This document shows, one piece after another, positions 40,305 through 52,905 of a stretch of 64,000 nucleotides of DNA; positions within the stretch are counted from its first letter, which is position 1; every line of letters begins with the position of its first letter. Origin of the DNA: Octopus sinensis (taxonomy: Eukaryota). Under the pieces are notes generated by a model. It was not told the origin of the DNA. It searched no databases and saw only the letters and a list, made by a program, of their open reading frames with translations. The position numbers and the translations under genes were made by a program. The stretch lies in assembly GCF_006345805.1 (NCBI RefSeq), contig NC_043008.1:23808001-23872000 (forward strand). The letters are read 5' to 3'.

Positions 40305-40471
40305 CATACGACAGGCTTCTTTCAGTTTCCGTCTACCAAATCCACTCACAAGGCATTGGTCGGCCCGGGGCTATAGCAGAAGACACTTGCCCAAGATGCC
40401 ACGCAGTGGGACTGAACCCGGAACCATGTGGTTGGTTAGCAAGCTACTTACCACACAGCCACTCCTGCGCC
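39998..40471 (-). mobile_element. tRNA-derived SINE, full head-microsatellite-tail layout
   Basis: Minus head GGCGCAGGAGTGGCTGTGTGGT (A box) and GGTTCAGTCCC (B box), then internal (TA)n(TG)n, then a tail ending GACTGAAACAAGTTAAAAG. Confidence 0.9.
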
Positions 40472-40849
40472 TATATATATATATATATATATAATATATA
40501 TATATATATTATTCTTGTAAAGGACACAATACATGTATTTAAGTGCTACTAATAGTTCCATATGCTGAGAAATATCTCAGACATATTTATCAAGCACAAA
40601 CCACACACAATAACAAACGAAACGAAGAAACGAAGAGAAGAAACGCGAAAAAGCTGAGAAGGCAGTATTTAAAAAAAACGCAAAAGGTTAAGAAAACGGA
40701 AAACGAAAAACAGAAAGCGAAAACACAAAAACTAAAAGGTAAAAAGTAAAAAAGGCAAAGAAAGTTATCCTCCTTAGACTTTAAATTATAAGGCTGGAAA
40801 AATATCAACAAGTTAATCTAGAATACACGAATTTTTCCAATTCTTCAAT

Positions 40850-41545
40850 ATACATTTATCAGTCCTAGAGTCCAGTAGAGAGTTAGGGATCTTAGATCAG
40901 AATAGGATCTGCGCACCTTCACTAAACAAAGTATACATTTATTCGATCCATTGACATAAGGTATAGATTTCTCAATTACTTTCCATTTAATCATATGCGG
41001 TGTTTCGTTATCTTCTAAAGTCCATACGTAGCTAACCAACTTAGTAGCTTCGCTTTTATCCTTATGTCGGAAGGAAGCTATGGGATTGGCATAGTGGTTT
41101 TAAGATCCTCCTCCGCATAATCCAATATAGGTCTTCTTTTCTGTTTTTTTTAATTATTTATAGTTGCAGTAACTTCTGCCTCATATATGATAAATTTAAT
41201 CATATATCGTTAGACAAGTAGACGGGAGTCTGGGTCGCGACATTTACAACTGGATTTAGGCTCTTGGTATTGAACACGTGTAATGATACTCTTCATATTG
41301 GAGCAGCAGCTATGTGATAATTTCACTTAACACCTATTAAATATTTTCCTGTATTTGTGAGTTGCTGGAAAGTGTTTGTCTAGGAGAGACAGGATTCTTT
41401 TATATGTGTTAGTTTTTATATTTTCCACTTAATCACATGTGGTGTTTCGTTATCTTTGAAACTCTTTACGTAACTAGCCAACTTAGTAGATTTGATTTCA
41501 TTCTTATGTCGGAAGGAGGCTATGTGATTGGCATAGTGTCGTTCT
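40850..41545 (-). mobile_element. Penelope-like (Naiad-like) GIY-YIG remnants, partly present twice
   Basis: SCKCRD, IYEAEVT, TYIGL, ASFRHKDKSEATKLVSYVW...IKWKVI...PYVNGSNKCILCL. A second diverged ASFRHK...STKLASYV...IKWKI lies at 41416-41545. Confidence 0.7.
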
Positions 41546-41719
41546 CGCTTTTCTCCCTCAGTCCTTCCTGCCTGTTCTCTCTTTTCTCTCCCTCTCCCTT
41601 TACCCATAGTTCCTCTGTCGTTCTGATTTCATTTTTCCTCTCTCGTACTCGTTAATCCCTTTCCTCCTCCCTCTTATCTCTCAATCTCTTTTGCTTTCCT
41701 TCCTCACATTCCTTGTACC

Positions 41720-41763
<44 letters not shown>

Positions 41764-42618
41764 CTCCCTACCTCACATTTTGTCATCCCTCCCTCTCATT
41801 ATCTGGTACCTCTTATTTCTTTCCCCTCTCTCTTATTCCTTAGTCCCCCTGCCTTCTTCAATTATTCCCCTCCTCTACCACGTGATCGCTGTCCGGTTTA
41901 TGCACGCTCGTCCTTTTTCGGTTGAGGTCAGTTGCATCTGTTCTGTTCTGTCTCGCCACCCGGTCAGTTAAGACTTTTCCAGTTCCTTTTTCTTTGTGCT
42001 ACCTTACTACACTGTCTGATAGTCGAAAGACTGCTTTGTTTTATTTTTGCTGTAATTGTATAATTATTTTCCTTTTGGTGTATAGCCGAAAGGCTTTTGT
42101 CCATCGTATACGTATAATTCTATTTCTTATGTTACGTTCGTCCGATAGTTGAAAGATCCTTTCTGTTTGTCATATCCTTGTGTTCGTATATGTACATTCG
42201 TTTGCCTTGCTCAGGGGCTTAATGCCTTCAGCTTAAGCCCTTGACCCAACTGGTTTCCAGTAGTATCGGAGAGGACTGTGCGAAACTACGAGGACATTCT
42301 GATTGAAGAAGCAATTGGCTGCGAATGATCCGTGTCTCTTGTTTTGTCCTGTTTGCAGTTGATGTGCTATCGTACTTTTCCTGTCTGTTAGGTTTTGACG
42401 ATTTCCGTTTGTTGTTTTTTAACTTTGATATGTGTGTGTGTGTATACATTGCGATTTACGAATACAATATAGTTGTGCCTGGAAATGTATTGTATAGCAA
42501 ATGACCTGATCTGAGTTCGTGTGCTGAAACAAAAATAATTGCAGCATGGAAGGTGTTTATAAGCCATTTAAAAACACACAAAAACTGTTAGATTCACTTC
42601 AACATTTAAATTTAATTT

Positions 42619-42663
42619 GTCAAAATATTTTCGTCGCTTTGAGACTGCAACCTGTTAACTGAA
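42619..42663 (-). ncRNA. Degenerate hammerhead-like fold with G3-C8 swap (G5 replaced by U)
   Basis: Minus strand reads UUCA-GUUAACA-G-GUUGC(AGUCUCAAA)GCGAC-GAA-AA(UA)UU-U-UGAC. Confidence 0.35.
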
Positions 42664-43349
42664 AAAAATTCGTGGAAGGCTCCAATTTCTAGTAGTCAGA
42701 GATACTCGTTACCGATCATCAGCTGGTAAGCGCAGCATGTTTTCTTTTGAAATATTCCCAGTTTGAATTTTTTGAAATATGAAATGAAAGTTTGAAGGAA
42801 ATGCTTAAAACTTGTTCTTTTGTTTAGAAACAGGTGTGAACGACAGAAGCCCCCATCTCCCCAAAACATCAAAAACAGAAAAGAATCTGCTTCATTCTCA
42901 CGGTTTAATTTGATTTCTGGTTCTTGCGGTAATATTAGAAACGTCTTAAACTCCAACAAGCAATGTCGTGAAATTGCTTTTTAGTAATGTTTTAAAAGTA
43001 GTCCTTTTAAGTAATACTTTTAATATTTTTAAAACAACGAGTGTATATGGGCATGTTCATTTTTATTCCACCTGCGTAGACGCATACGTATGAACATATG
43101 CATACACATACATATACATAGAATTATATATGCATGCATACATATGCACATAAGCATATATACACATACACACACACAAATATAATATTACCATAAAGAC
43201 TAGAAATGAAATTGTAGCCTTTCAATTATAACGTATTAAAGAAGACATTTGTGTTGAGTCATGTCAGTTATCGTTTCTGATAAATCAGCAGGTGTACTTA
43301 ATAATATAAATTATATTCTGTTCAAGTCAGTGTCTTGATACTCTGAATT

Positions 43350-44945
43350 TCACTGGTTGGTGCATAGGATCTTCAAGCAAATAATGAATCGAGTCATACA
43401 ACTGGTTTAGAGAGAAATTGAGGCAAAGATAAAAATAGTTGTCCTAACCTGATTTCGGTGTGCTGATTTCAGATTCAAAATCAAATTTCACTCATCACCT
43501 CTAACTTTTGAGATATATTTTATTAAAATTTTGCGACAATTCTTGTAACCATATATATCATCAATTTTTATTGTTTTCCGTATTTATCTAATACATATGA
43601 TGCATATCTCTACAATGGCTTCAGTCACTTCAAAATATCGAGGATACATCAACAGGGCAAATTCATTCTGCTATGTGTGGAGGATTTCACGAAAGTTGCA
43701 CAGCTCCGAACAATTACTTCCCTCCACAAAACTACTTACTTTAATTATTTTGACTGTAAAACTGGAGATCAGGACAAATCCTGGGCCCCACACGTGTTGT
43801 AAACCCTACTACAATGGATTAACTGCATGGATTAACGGCAAGAAAGCAGCCTTCAACTTTGCTGGCACCATAGTCTGGAATGAGCCACAAAGCCATGCAG
43901 ATGATTATTATTTTTGTCTAACAAATAGAAGAGGTTTCAATGCTTCTAGAAAAAAGATCAAATATCCCAACGTTCCCTCAGCTATGAGACCTGTTCCCCA
44001 GTCAGATAATCTCCCTGTCCCTACACCCTGAGAAAATAAGGATCTTCCTTCATCAGGTGAAGAAATGCCTTCAGGTGAAGATTCTGCCAAGTCGATCTCG
44101 TTTGAAGGCAATGTCTCTGTTTATTAAGGAGCAAGTGGCAATGAGCCCCATTCGATCACGCAAGAAGATCTGAATGAATTTGCCCGTGATTTGTATCTAT
44201 CTAAGCAAGCAGTAGTCAGAGCTTCTGACATCCTGGCTTAAGCAGTGGAACCTGGTCAAGGCAGATGTAAGGATCACCAGTTTCAGGACACGAAATCAGG
44301 ACTTTGCTTCATTCTTCAACATGGAAAACAGGTTGTGTTACTGCACAAATGTCTCTGGCGTATTCACTTTCCTTGGTTTCCCACACAATCCCTCAGATTA
44401 GCGTCTTTTCATAGTTTCTTCCCTCAAAATTCACTTTTTCCACTCCCGTCTCAACTTCATCATTCCAAAGCTCGGAGCTGTGAGTAATGAGCATGGAGAA
44501 AGGTTCCACCAAGATATTACTAAGAAGGAGAGCAACTACCAAGGCAAGTGGAACCCCAGCATGATGGAATACTTTTGCTGGATTCTTTTGCGTGACATCC
44601 CGGAGGCAAAGTACACAAGATCGCTCAAATAAACCCCCCAAAAAACGCACTTCTAACTGTCTGCTGTACTATGATTTATGTGTATTGTATTATTCGAGTA
44701 ATTCAGTTCTATCAATGTTCTGTATCTATGCTGTTTTCCTTTTTCTATAATACGTCTTTGTAGCTGATGAAATAAACACATATTTTAAATTTATATGCAG
44801 TATAATTAAAATGGGATATTTGAAAGTGAAAAAACTAGAGATGCTAGAGCATAACCATTCAAAAAATTGAATTTACATCAAAATTAGTAAAAACCACATA
44901 TTCACATCCTTGCCTAAGAGCAAAACCATTATTTGTAAGCAAGTG
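43350..44945 (+). mobile_element. Internally deleted DNA transposon, possibly Sailor/DD82E-like (IS630-Tc1-mariner relative)
   Basis: FCYVW, HTCCKPY, VWNEPQSHADDYYFCLT, YPNVPSAMRPVP, ITQEDLN, LKQWNL, and C-terminal LGAVSNEHGERFHQDI...YQGKW...CWILLRD. The middle is missing. The family name is from memory and the ends are approximate. Confidence 0.6.
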
Positions 44946-44974
44946 ACTTAGCCGATCAAAGTAACACACACGTA

Positions 44975-44975
44975 A

Positions 44976-45016
<41 letters not shown>

Positions 45017-45051
45017 ACACACACACACACACACGCACACACGCACACACA

Positions 45052-45090
<39 letters not shown>

Positions 45091-45192
45091 ACACGTACAT
45101 ACATACATACATGCATACATACATACATACATACATACATACATACATACATACATACATACATACATACATACATACATACATACATACAT
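44975..45192. repeat. (CA)n-(CATA)n microsatellite
   Basis: Direct reading. Confidence 0.95.
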
Positions 45193-45369
45193 TTCTTCTG
45201 CTGTCAGAAATATCAATGTAACTCATAATTTCTTTATCGACAACCTGAAGTTTTATTCTAAAAGTGCTAGCAATGCCAAAAACAGGAATTAATAACATTT
45301 TCAGCCGATATAGGCATAGAATTTGGCCAAAGGAAATGTTCACTAGTCCCCCAAAACCAAAATGTATCA

Positions 45370-46625
45370 TAAAATGTGAATAAAGATAGTGTGACCCGAG
45401 AATATTACACCGAAGTTAGGAAAATATGGCAATCAGAACTCTCCTCTTACAACAAAACAATATCCCACAATGCATTCGCAGTACCAGTGCTGATCCCAAC
45501 ATTTGGGATACTTGATTGGTCTGTAGAGTAAATCCACTCCATAGATATCAAAACCCGCAAAACAGTAATATTGACATGCTCTACCTAAGAAGAAATTAAG
45601 GTGGCAGAGGCCTGAGATCTGTACAGACGGCCTTCAAATACCGTATGGTATCACTCAGGCAGTACCTGCTAACAACAGCAGCAAAAATAAATATATTAAT
45701 GCAGTACTGAAAAGGGAAATGAGCAACATTGTACGAACTGGTAGTGAACGCTTCAAGAAACACTCTCTTTCCGATGATCTCCTATACGGTCCCAAAACAG
45801 CTGGGTTTTCTTACCTCAGAGAAGACCTAGATGGAATGCACTCAGCATACAAACAAGACCATGCACGAGTATGTTGCCCGGAAGCCTGAAGAATACAGTA
45901 GAATTGATACGAAGCGCAACCTTTCTTGGACACAAGGCTACTACATCATATCACACTTTGAAGACTATACGTTTGCAATCCAAGAACAGGAGATTACCCA
46001 CGAAGTACCTGGTGAACAAGAAAGACAGTGACGCTTTTGTAATCCCAATGTGCAACCGCATGTGTAGACTGTATCATGTTTCTGTGGAAGACATTACGCA
46101 AATGATTAGCAGCTATCATAAAATATCGTCACGGTACTACCTCCCTATGCGGCACGATGTTGCTGCTAAAACAATTTACCTTGCCATCCGCAAAAAGACT
46201 GTCCTGAAATAAACTCAGAGAATCCATCTGTTATGGAATACATTCCTAAACACCAACTAAAGGAATACTTGTGGAATATTTCCATCAAAACTTCTGTCAA
46301 ATATAAGCATAACAGGCCGGATATTGTTGTTTGGGATAGAGGGGCAAATATATCATAGAGGTTAGCTGCCCTGCAAATATATTTATCTCTTTGAAAATCA
46401 AAGAAAAGGAGGTTATATATGGAAAATTGCTTCGAAAACTCCAGCTTCTATATCCGGACTATGAATTCATGTTCATACCAATAATAATTCGAGCACAAGG
46501 TTCTGTTAGTAAATGATTAAAAGAGAATCTGGATGAATTGGGATTTTCAGAAAGAGAAATTGACCGACCGATTCTTACATTACTAATCCAATCTGTGAGC
46601 GGAACAGTAAAAATATGCAAATGTG
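45370..46625 (+). mobile_element. R4/Dong-like 3' part (copy F), decayed
   Basis: HNAFAVPVLIPTFGILDW, TFAIQEQEIT, MCRLYHVSVEDITQMISS, RHDVAAKTIY, KHNRPDIVVWD and SVSGTVKIC. Confidence 0.8.
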
Positions 46626-47374
46626 GATTTGTCTGTGTTGACTACATCCCAAAGATTGAGCCTTATGTCGTTGTAGGAAACTGGCTCCCTCCTCAGTGGA
46701 ATATTTATAATAATTAAGAAATAGAAGATACATGCATACATACCTTTACCGAGGACCAGGTCTACGGGATAAAAAATGACTATCAGAGGAACCCAGGTAA
46801 GCATACATGGAGAAAATGATGCAAATAAACGAATAATACTGCTTAGGTTAGATGTACAATAACAAAGCCAGAACATTTCTAGAGGATGAATATTCATGTA
46901 TAGATATATAGATATCTACATATTAACAAAGCTTGTATTTAATTGACAAAAGATGACCATTCCCAAGTATAACAATAAATGATCATATTTCTTATCGCTG
47001 TATTGTGTAGGGAATGGAATATTTAAATTATCAGCATCTTAGATTTTCTGTCATTTCTCTGTTTTTAGAATGTTATAGAAAGCTTCTTCGTTTTCATACA
47101 AATAAGAGAGGAGGAGAGGTGAAAGAGTGAAAGAGAGGGGGGGGAAAGAAAAATTTATTTTGAGGAATAGTTAGTGAACAGGTGACTAATAACATTTCAA
47201 GATGTCTATTTTGTTTTTTAAAACGAGGAAAAAAGACAGGAAGAAGCACAAGCGGAATAGAGAAAGAAAAATAGAAAAATGAAAGCGATGAATGGGAAAG
47301 ACAGAAAAGGGCTTATTTTCAATTGTATCTATGTAGTCAATCTGTTGACGTTTAATTACAATTCAAGATGCTTT

Positions 47375-47785
47375 TATTCTTTTACTTGTTTTAGTCATTT
47401 GACTGCGGTCATGCTCAGCACCACCTTTAGTCGAAGAAATCGACCCCAGGATTTATTCTTTTTAAGCTTAGTACTCATTCTATCGGTCTCTTTTTGCCAA
47501 ACCGCTTTCTTTCGTGGCACAAGTCCGAGCAAAGTCGTTTATGGAAGTGCAGCAGTCGCCTATGCATATCAGTCTCCCCTCTCCACGTCACTGATGTTAT
47601 TCAATTGAAAGGCAAATGCCGATACTGCTTGGCACTATTGACCTCGCAACCCATTTCTACAGCTAAGTGAACTGGGGCAACGTGAAATAGTGTCTTGCTC
47701 AAGGACACAACACACAGCCCGGTCTTGGAATCGACCTCACTACGTCACGATTGTGAGTGAGCCCGACTCTTAACCACTGAGCCAT
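47375..47785 (-). mobile_element. tRNA-derived SINE (second family head plus shared tail)
   Basis: The tail matches 39998-40130. The minus head ATGGCTCAGTGGTTAAGAGTCGG...GGTCGATTCC carries A/B-box-like motifs. Confidence 0.75.
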
Positions 47786-49859
47786 ATATATATAAAAGAT
47801 AATGGTGTCAGTAAGACCCAAAGGTATCAGGTTATGCTGAGTAAGTGCTATGGATAGACCATAGTTAAGCTCCAGGTTCAGTGATAATGCGAATAAGGAG
47901 TGCAACGCAGGTCATAGAGAGGAATAAAATGCCAACATAAGAATAACTTTACGTATAATAAAAATTTAAATATTTAACAATACCCCCCCTCCTATTATGT
48001 CATTTCTTACACAATTATGAGGAAGTTAGTTAACTGTAGTTATAATAGAATTTACAGTAGTATTAGATACGGATATACCAGGAATAAACAATTTATTAAA
48101 GAATATTACCTTAAAAGGATTAGACAGGCCACATTTATCTAACAGAAATCTCTAAATCTTAAACACTATAAAAAATCTATTTACAGCTAGATTTAAGAGT
48201 ATAACATATTTCTAGTTATTATCTCCTCTTGAATTCAACCTCTCTAATATTATTAGTCTTAGAGAATTTTTCAGAGTATTGTATTTTATTTATGTTATTC
48301 CCATAATACTTAGCGTATGACAGAGGGAGCGGGCATTTACACATGAACGAGGAGAAGTAAACATAATGTCGATAAGTATTCTTTCTTTGTGAATTTTTTA
48401 CTAGTTTAATTCAATACATTTATAGCGTTTATAGTGGTCATTGCCAAATAATCTTTTTAAACACTATTAATTTACGTCTGACATAAAAAATGGTAATATA
48501 CACTTGTATAGACCAATTTTTAAAATTAATAAAGATATATTTGTAATTTATACATTTTTATTATATTTTTATTCTTATTTTTCTATTTAATATGACTTCT
48601 AATATGTATTTTTAACTTTGACCCGTTAATAATAATAACAAAAAGTTAAATAGCCCGAGGACGCCCTGGTGTATTTATGTATTAGGAATGGCCTTGATAC
48701 ACACACCACCAGCGCAGAAATACGTGTAGCGTTGATTAGAAATACCTTTTCCTCACAGACTAATAACAGGTAAGTTATATATATTTTTTCATCTAATTTT
48801 ATTGTATTTTATGGTAGGTTTTTTTAACAGCTTATATTATTTTATTGGATATAACTTTCTATGTGTATTCCATACAATAAGGTTACCCTGAAATAGGAGC
48901 TGCAGTTCTATTGGTAAAATCCCAAATTTGTAAATATATTATAAATATATATATATAATACATACACATACACAAATCTCTATATATATGCATACATGCA
49001 TACACACTCTATATATGTACATGTATATACACACACCCAATCACGAAAAGTACGACAGGAAGAGAATGTTACAACAATTAATGCAATCATATTTGCCGAA
49101 ATCTCCGAACAAAATGACAACCATGATTAAGAATAGCTGCAACAACTATGAAAAGAAGACGCCAAAGTGGAAGAAGAAAGATCTATAAGAATGTAGGAAA
49201 AACAACAGGAGCGTTTCACTAACTATGAAGAAAACAATGAGGTAAAAAATCATAATGAAAACAAAACCACCAAAGTACAGGAAAATCGAAACATAACACA
49301 AACACCGACCTCAGAAGATCGAAACATGAATATTGGATCGCCAGACATACAAAAACATATGCGGACATAACCTCCGTTTCATCTCAAACACAGATTAGAA
49401 ACTCGTACTCAACACTACCAAACCTTCATACTGCGATGGACACACGCACAAAATATAAAAAACAATCATCAATCAAATATACTAGATGAAAGAGCATATG
49501 GGAAGTAAGACAATTAAAATACAGACAACCAGTAACCCATAAGACTGGACGATTTAGGTGGATAAACACATGGACGACCTAGGTGGATGAATACATGAAG
49601 ACAAATGAGGAACACCATAAAGACTATAATATGAAAAAAATCATAATGAAAATTCAAGAAACCCACGATATATAACCACCAATGCTACACGGCCCAACAA
49701 ACGTAGGAGATGAGAAGAAAACAACTACTGTGAACAACGATATATATATACAGAGCACATGAACCAATCTCTCAATCACAAGAAAGCCTGAATCCCAGGA
49801 ATAGAAATTCGAAACATCACGACATAACACCATATTTAGGGAGAAACTACTACAACTGC

Positions 49860-51235
49860 ACTCCGGACTCAATACAGCATAAGTTCCTAATGAACCCACA
49901 AAACACATAAATCGTAAAATTTTAGATTTATCAAATAGAGACCTCAACGAAAATGAAGTGATTCTCTTACTAAAATGTTTCAAATTTACCCCGACACCCA
50001 CTTCGAAACTCATAGAACTAAAAACCGCTATTGAAAACTTCAACTGTCATCTCCGTCTTATAGAATTCTTTGACAACAAGAAAGTAGAGGACGAATCAAT
50101 CGTAAGAAAACAAATCCCATATGTATATAGGAGAACGATAAACACCTAGATACATATATAGAAACAATCTCGAAATTCCCCCTCAGTACCCATAAATGCA
50201 AACAGAACCTTCATGAAGGGGGAAAGGAAGCTTTACAAAGACTAAAGAACGACAATTCAATAATCTCAAAGGAAACCGACAAGGGTGAGCAATAGTAATC
50301 ATTGACACAGACTACTACGAAGAAAAATACCTGAAATTTTAACAGATCAAACATACTATAAGGAAGAATCAAGACACCTGGAAAAAACAACACTAAATAA
50401 AACCAGAACATTAATTAACGAATACCAGGACTCCTCCACAGATAAAAAAAAGGACTACCTATGCAACTCTCTAATCAAAGAGAGCAATTTCTACGGACTA
50501 CCCAAAATCCACAAAAGTTCCGAGATACAGAAGGCCATAAATGAACAGAATAGTCAATACGTAAATGTACAAAGATCCACAGACTTCAAAATGAGACATA
50601 CTATTCCACTTATTAACATAACCTTGGAATAACCAATATTTTCCACGTTTTACACTCAAACCTACCAATACTCTTACAGTGCTCCAAAATGAGAGAACTG
50701 ATAGAAAAAAGCTACCTGCGATATAGTAAACGCCAGGTATCAAACCTGAAAAGCAACTTACAAGATTAAAATTCACATCAGAGAATGAAACAGAATTCTC
50801 CGTAAAGGAATGTAAAGACAGAAGCTGTGGAATATGCAACAACAACAATAACTACAAATATATAGCCGGGGACACCCTCATAAAATGTAAGAGTGGATTC
50901 TTATTCAAAGTAAATGCAAGACGCAAAACCTCATATACTGCATTACTCTTCCCAAATGCAAGGAGAATTATATTGGCGAAACCAACAATCCCCTTTGCCA
51001 ACGCGCAAGAATCCACAGACAACACGTCCGCCAAGAGGAGCTATGGAAAATTACAATGTGCAAACATTTGGAAATGTGTGGAGAAGGAAACCTCAAAATC
51101 TTCCCCTTATACAAATGCTCAAGGAACGACTGAAACTTCCGAAAAACAATGGAGCTACACTTCATAAAGATGTGCTCACCAAAATTAAACGCTTCAAGAA
51201 AAATAAACGGAAACATTTGGAAATATGTGAAGGAA
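49860..51235 (+). mobile_element. Penelope-like (Neptune-like) element with the RT core deleted
   Basis: LDLSNRDLNENEVILLLKCFKFTPTP, ETDKG, FYGLPKIHKS, then a jump to the Cys-rich linker KECKDRSCGIC and GIY-YIG YCITLPKCKENYIGET. Confidence 0.75.
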
Positions 51236-51902
51236 AATTTTAATTTCTGAAAGATAACGGAACTATACTTCACAAAAAAAAAGTCCTCAACAAAAATTAA
51301 CATAACTATACATTTTTTTGAAATTCCACCTATGAGAATTCTATATGAATTTGTATATGTTAAAGATGATCGCAAACCATTGCTAAAACCTTTTTACCAT
51401 GTTGTTGGACCTTACAGAAAACTCTAGATTCCGAAATTCTATAAGAACAGCTGCTTCCCTTCTTCTGTACTTGACTCTCTTTCTCCTTTAGAAAATTCTG
51501 GGTTGGAGCTTTAAAATATATTCAAAATAAAACAGCCAACCAGAAATAGAGGAATTTGGAAATATAATTGCGAGAGCATTGTGTATTGCTTTTTTTTTTA
51601 AATTCGTTTTTGCAATCTGAAGGACAAATACTCGGACAAATCTCGAGAGTAGTGTCTAAAATGGCCAAAACTTTGCAAATTCATTTAACCACAGACATGA
51701 ATCGTTAATTATATTAATTAATTATTTTATGTGTGCACAAATATGAACGAGTGTGTGTGTGTGTCTATGTATGTGTATATATATGTGTATGTATATGTAT
51801 GTGTGTATATGCGTGTGTGTATATATGTATGTGTGTATATGTGTGTCTGTGTGAATGGGTGTGTGTATGTGTGTATATGCGTGTGTGTATATATGTATAT
51901 AT

Positions 51903-51955
<53 letters not shown>

Positions 51956-51956
<1 letters not shown>

Positions 51957-52160
51957 ATTGCTGTGTGGGCGTATATTTAACTAAAAAAACCTTCTTTAGA
52001 AAACATCAAGAATTTCAATAAAAACAAGTTGACATCATCCATACTACTATTCCTTAATGAATACAACAGAGCAAGTCCTAGAAATGGAATTATAAATTTT
52101 ACTGAAGAAAGTCAGAAACAACATCTGGTCTTTCAATTAAAATCTTTATGTGTGTGTATG

Positions 52161-52203
<43 letters not shown>

Positions 52204-52325
52204 ATATATATATACGTTTGAAATTAAAAAATGGTAATATACACTTGTATAGATCATATATATATGTGTGTGTGTGTGTGTATGCGTGTGTTTGTGTGTG
52301 TGTGTATGGATATATATGTTTGTGT
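51956..52325 (+). repeat. Source copy of the segment duplicated at 55273-55576; a diverged third copy lies at ~52345-52515
   Basis: The ~205-bp unique core differs at only four positions by eye. The flanking GATATATATGTTTGTGT is also shared. Confidence 0.9.
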
Positions 52326-52854
52326 GTGTGTTGCTGTGTGAGCGTATAGTGAAAGCCAAAAGGACTCTTTCGAAAACTTCTAGATTTCAATCAAAAGAAG
52401 TTGACCACATCCATGCTATTATTCTTTAATGAACACAAGAGAACAAATCCTGGAAATGTAATTATAATTTTTACTGAAGAAAATTAAAAACATCAGGTAT
52501 TTCAATTAAAAGCTTGACCAATTCAAATACAAAAATTGTTTTTCCTTACTCTTCTTTTTCCTCCTCTACCTTAAAAGGCCACTAAGTACTAAAGAAGTTT
52601 GATCATACAAAGTCCACGCCTCTTTACCTCCCCCGCCTTCACAAACTTTTTTATTCCTCTTCTTCCTTGCTTGGCAAACCTCAGAAAATTCTTTAATTAA
52701 AAGGCCAAGTAATCTAAATTTGAATAATATTTGGATTAATCCGATAACGAATACCAAGTAAATAGTGGAAACTTTACTGGTGAGTGTCTTAAATAATAAG
52801 GCACTAAAAGAGAATGACTCTCCCCAGACACAACAATATATAATAATAATAATG

Positions 52855-52905
<51 letters not shown>

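Noticed and set aside
47800-48700. Very AT-rich stretch considered as a NUMT or L1 remnant
   Set aside because: No mitochondrial gene or tRNA motif was recognised. The only LINE hint is a short LFALSLNL-like peptide, too weak to call.
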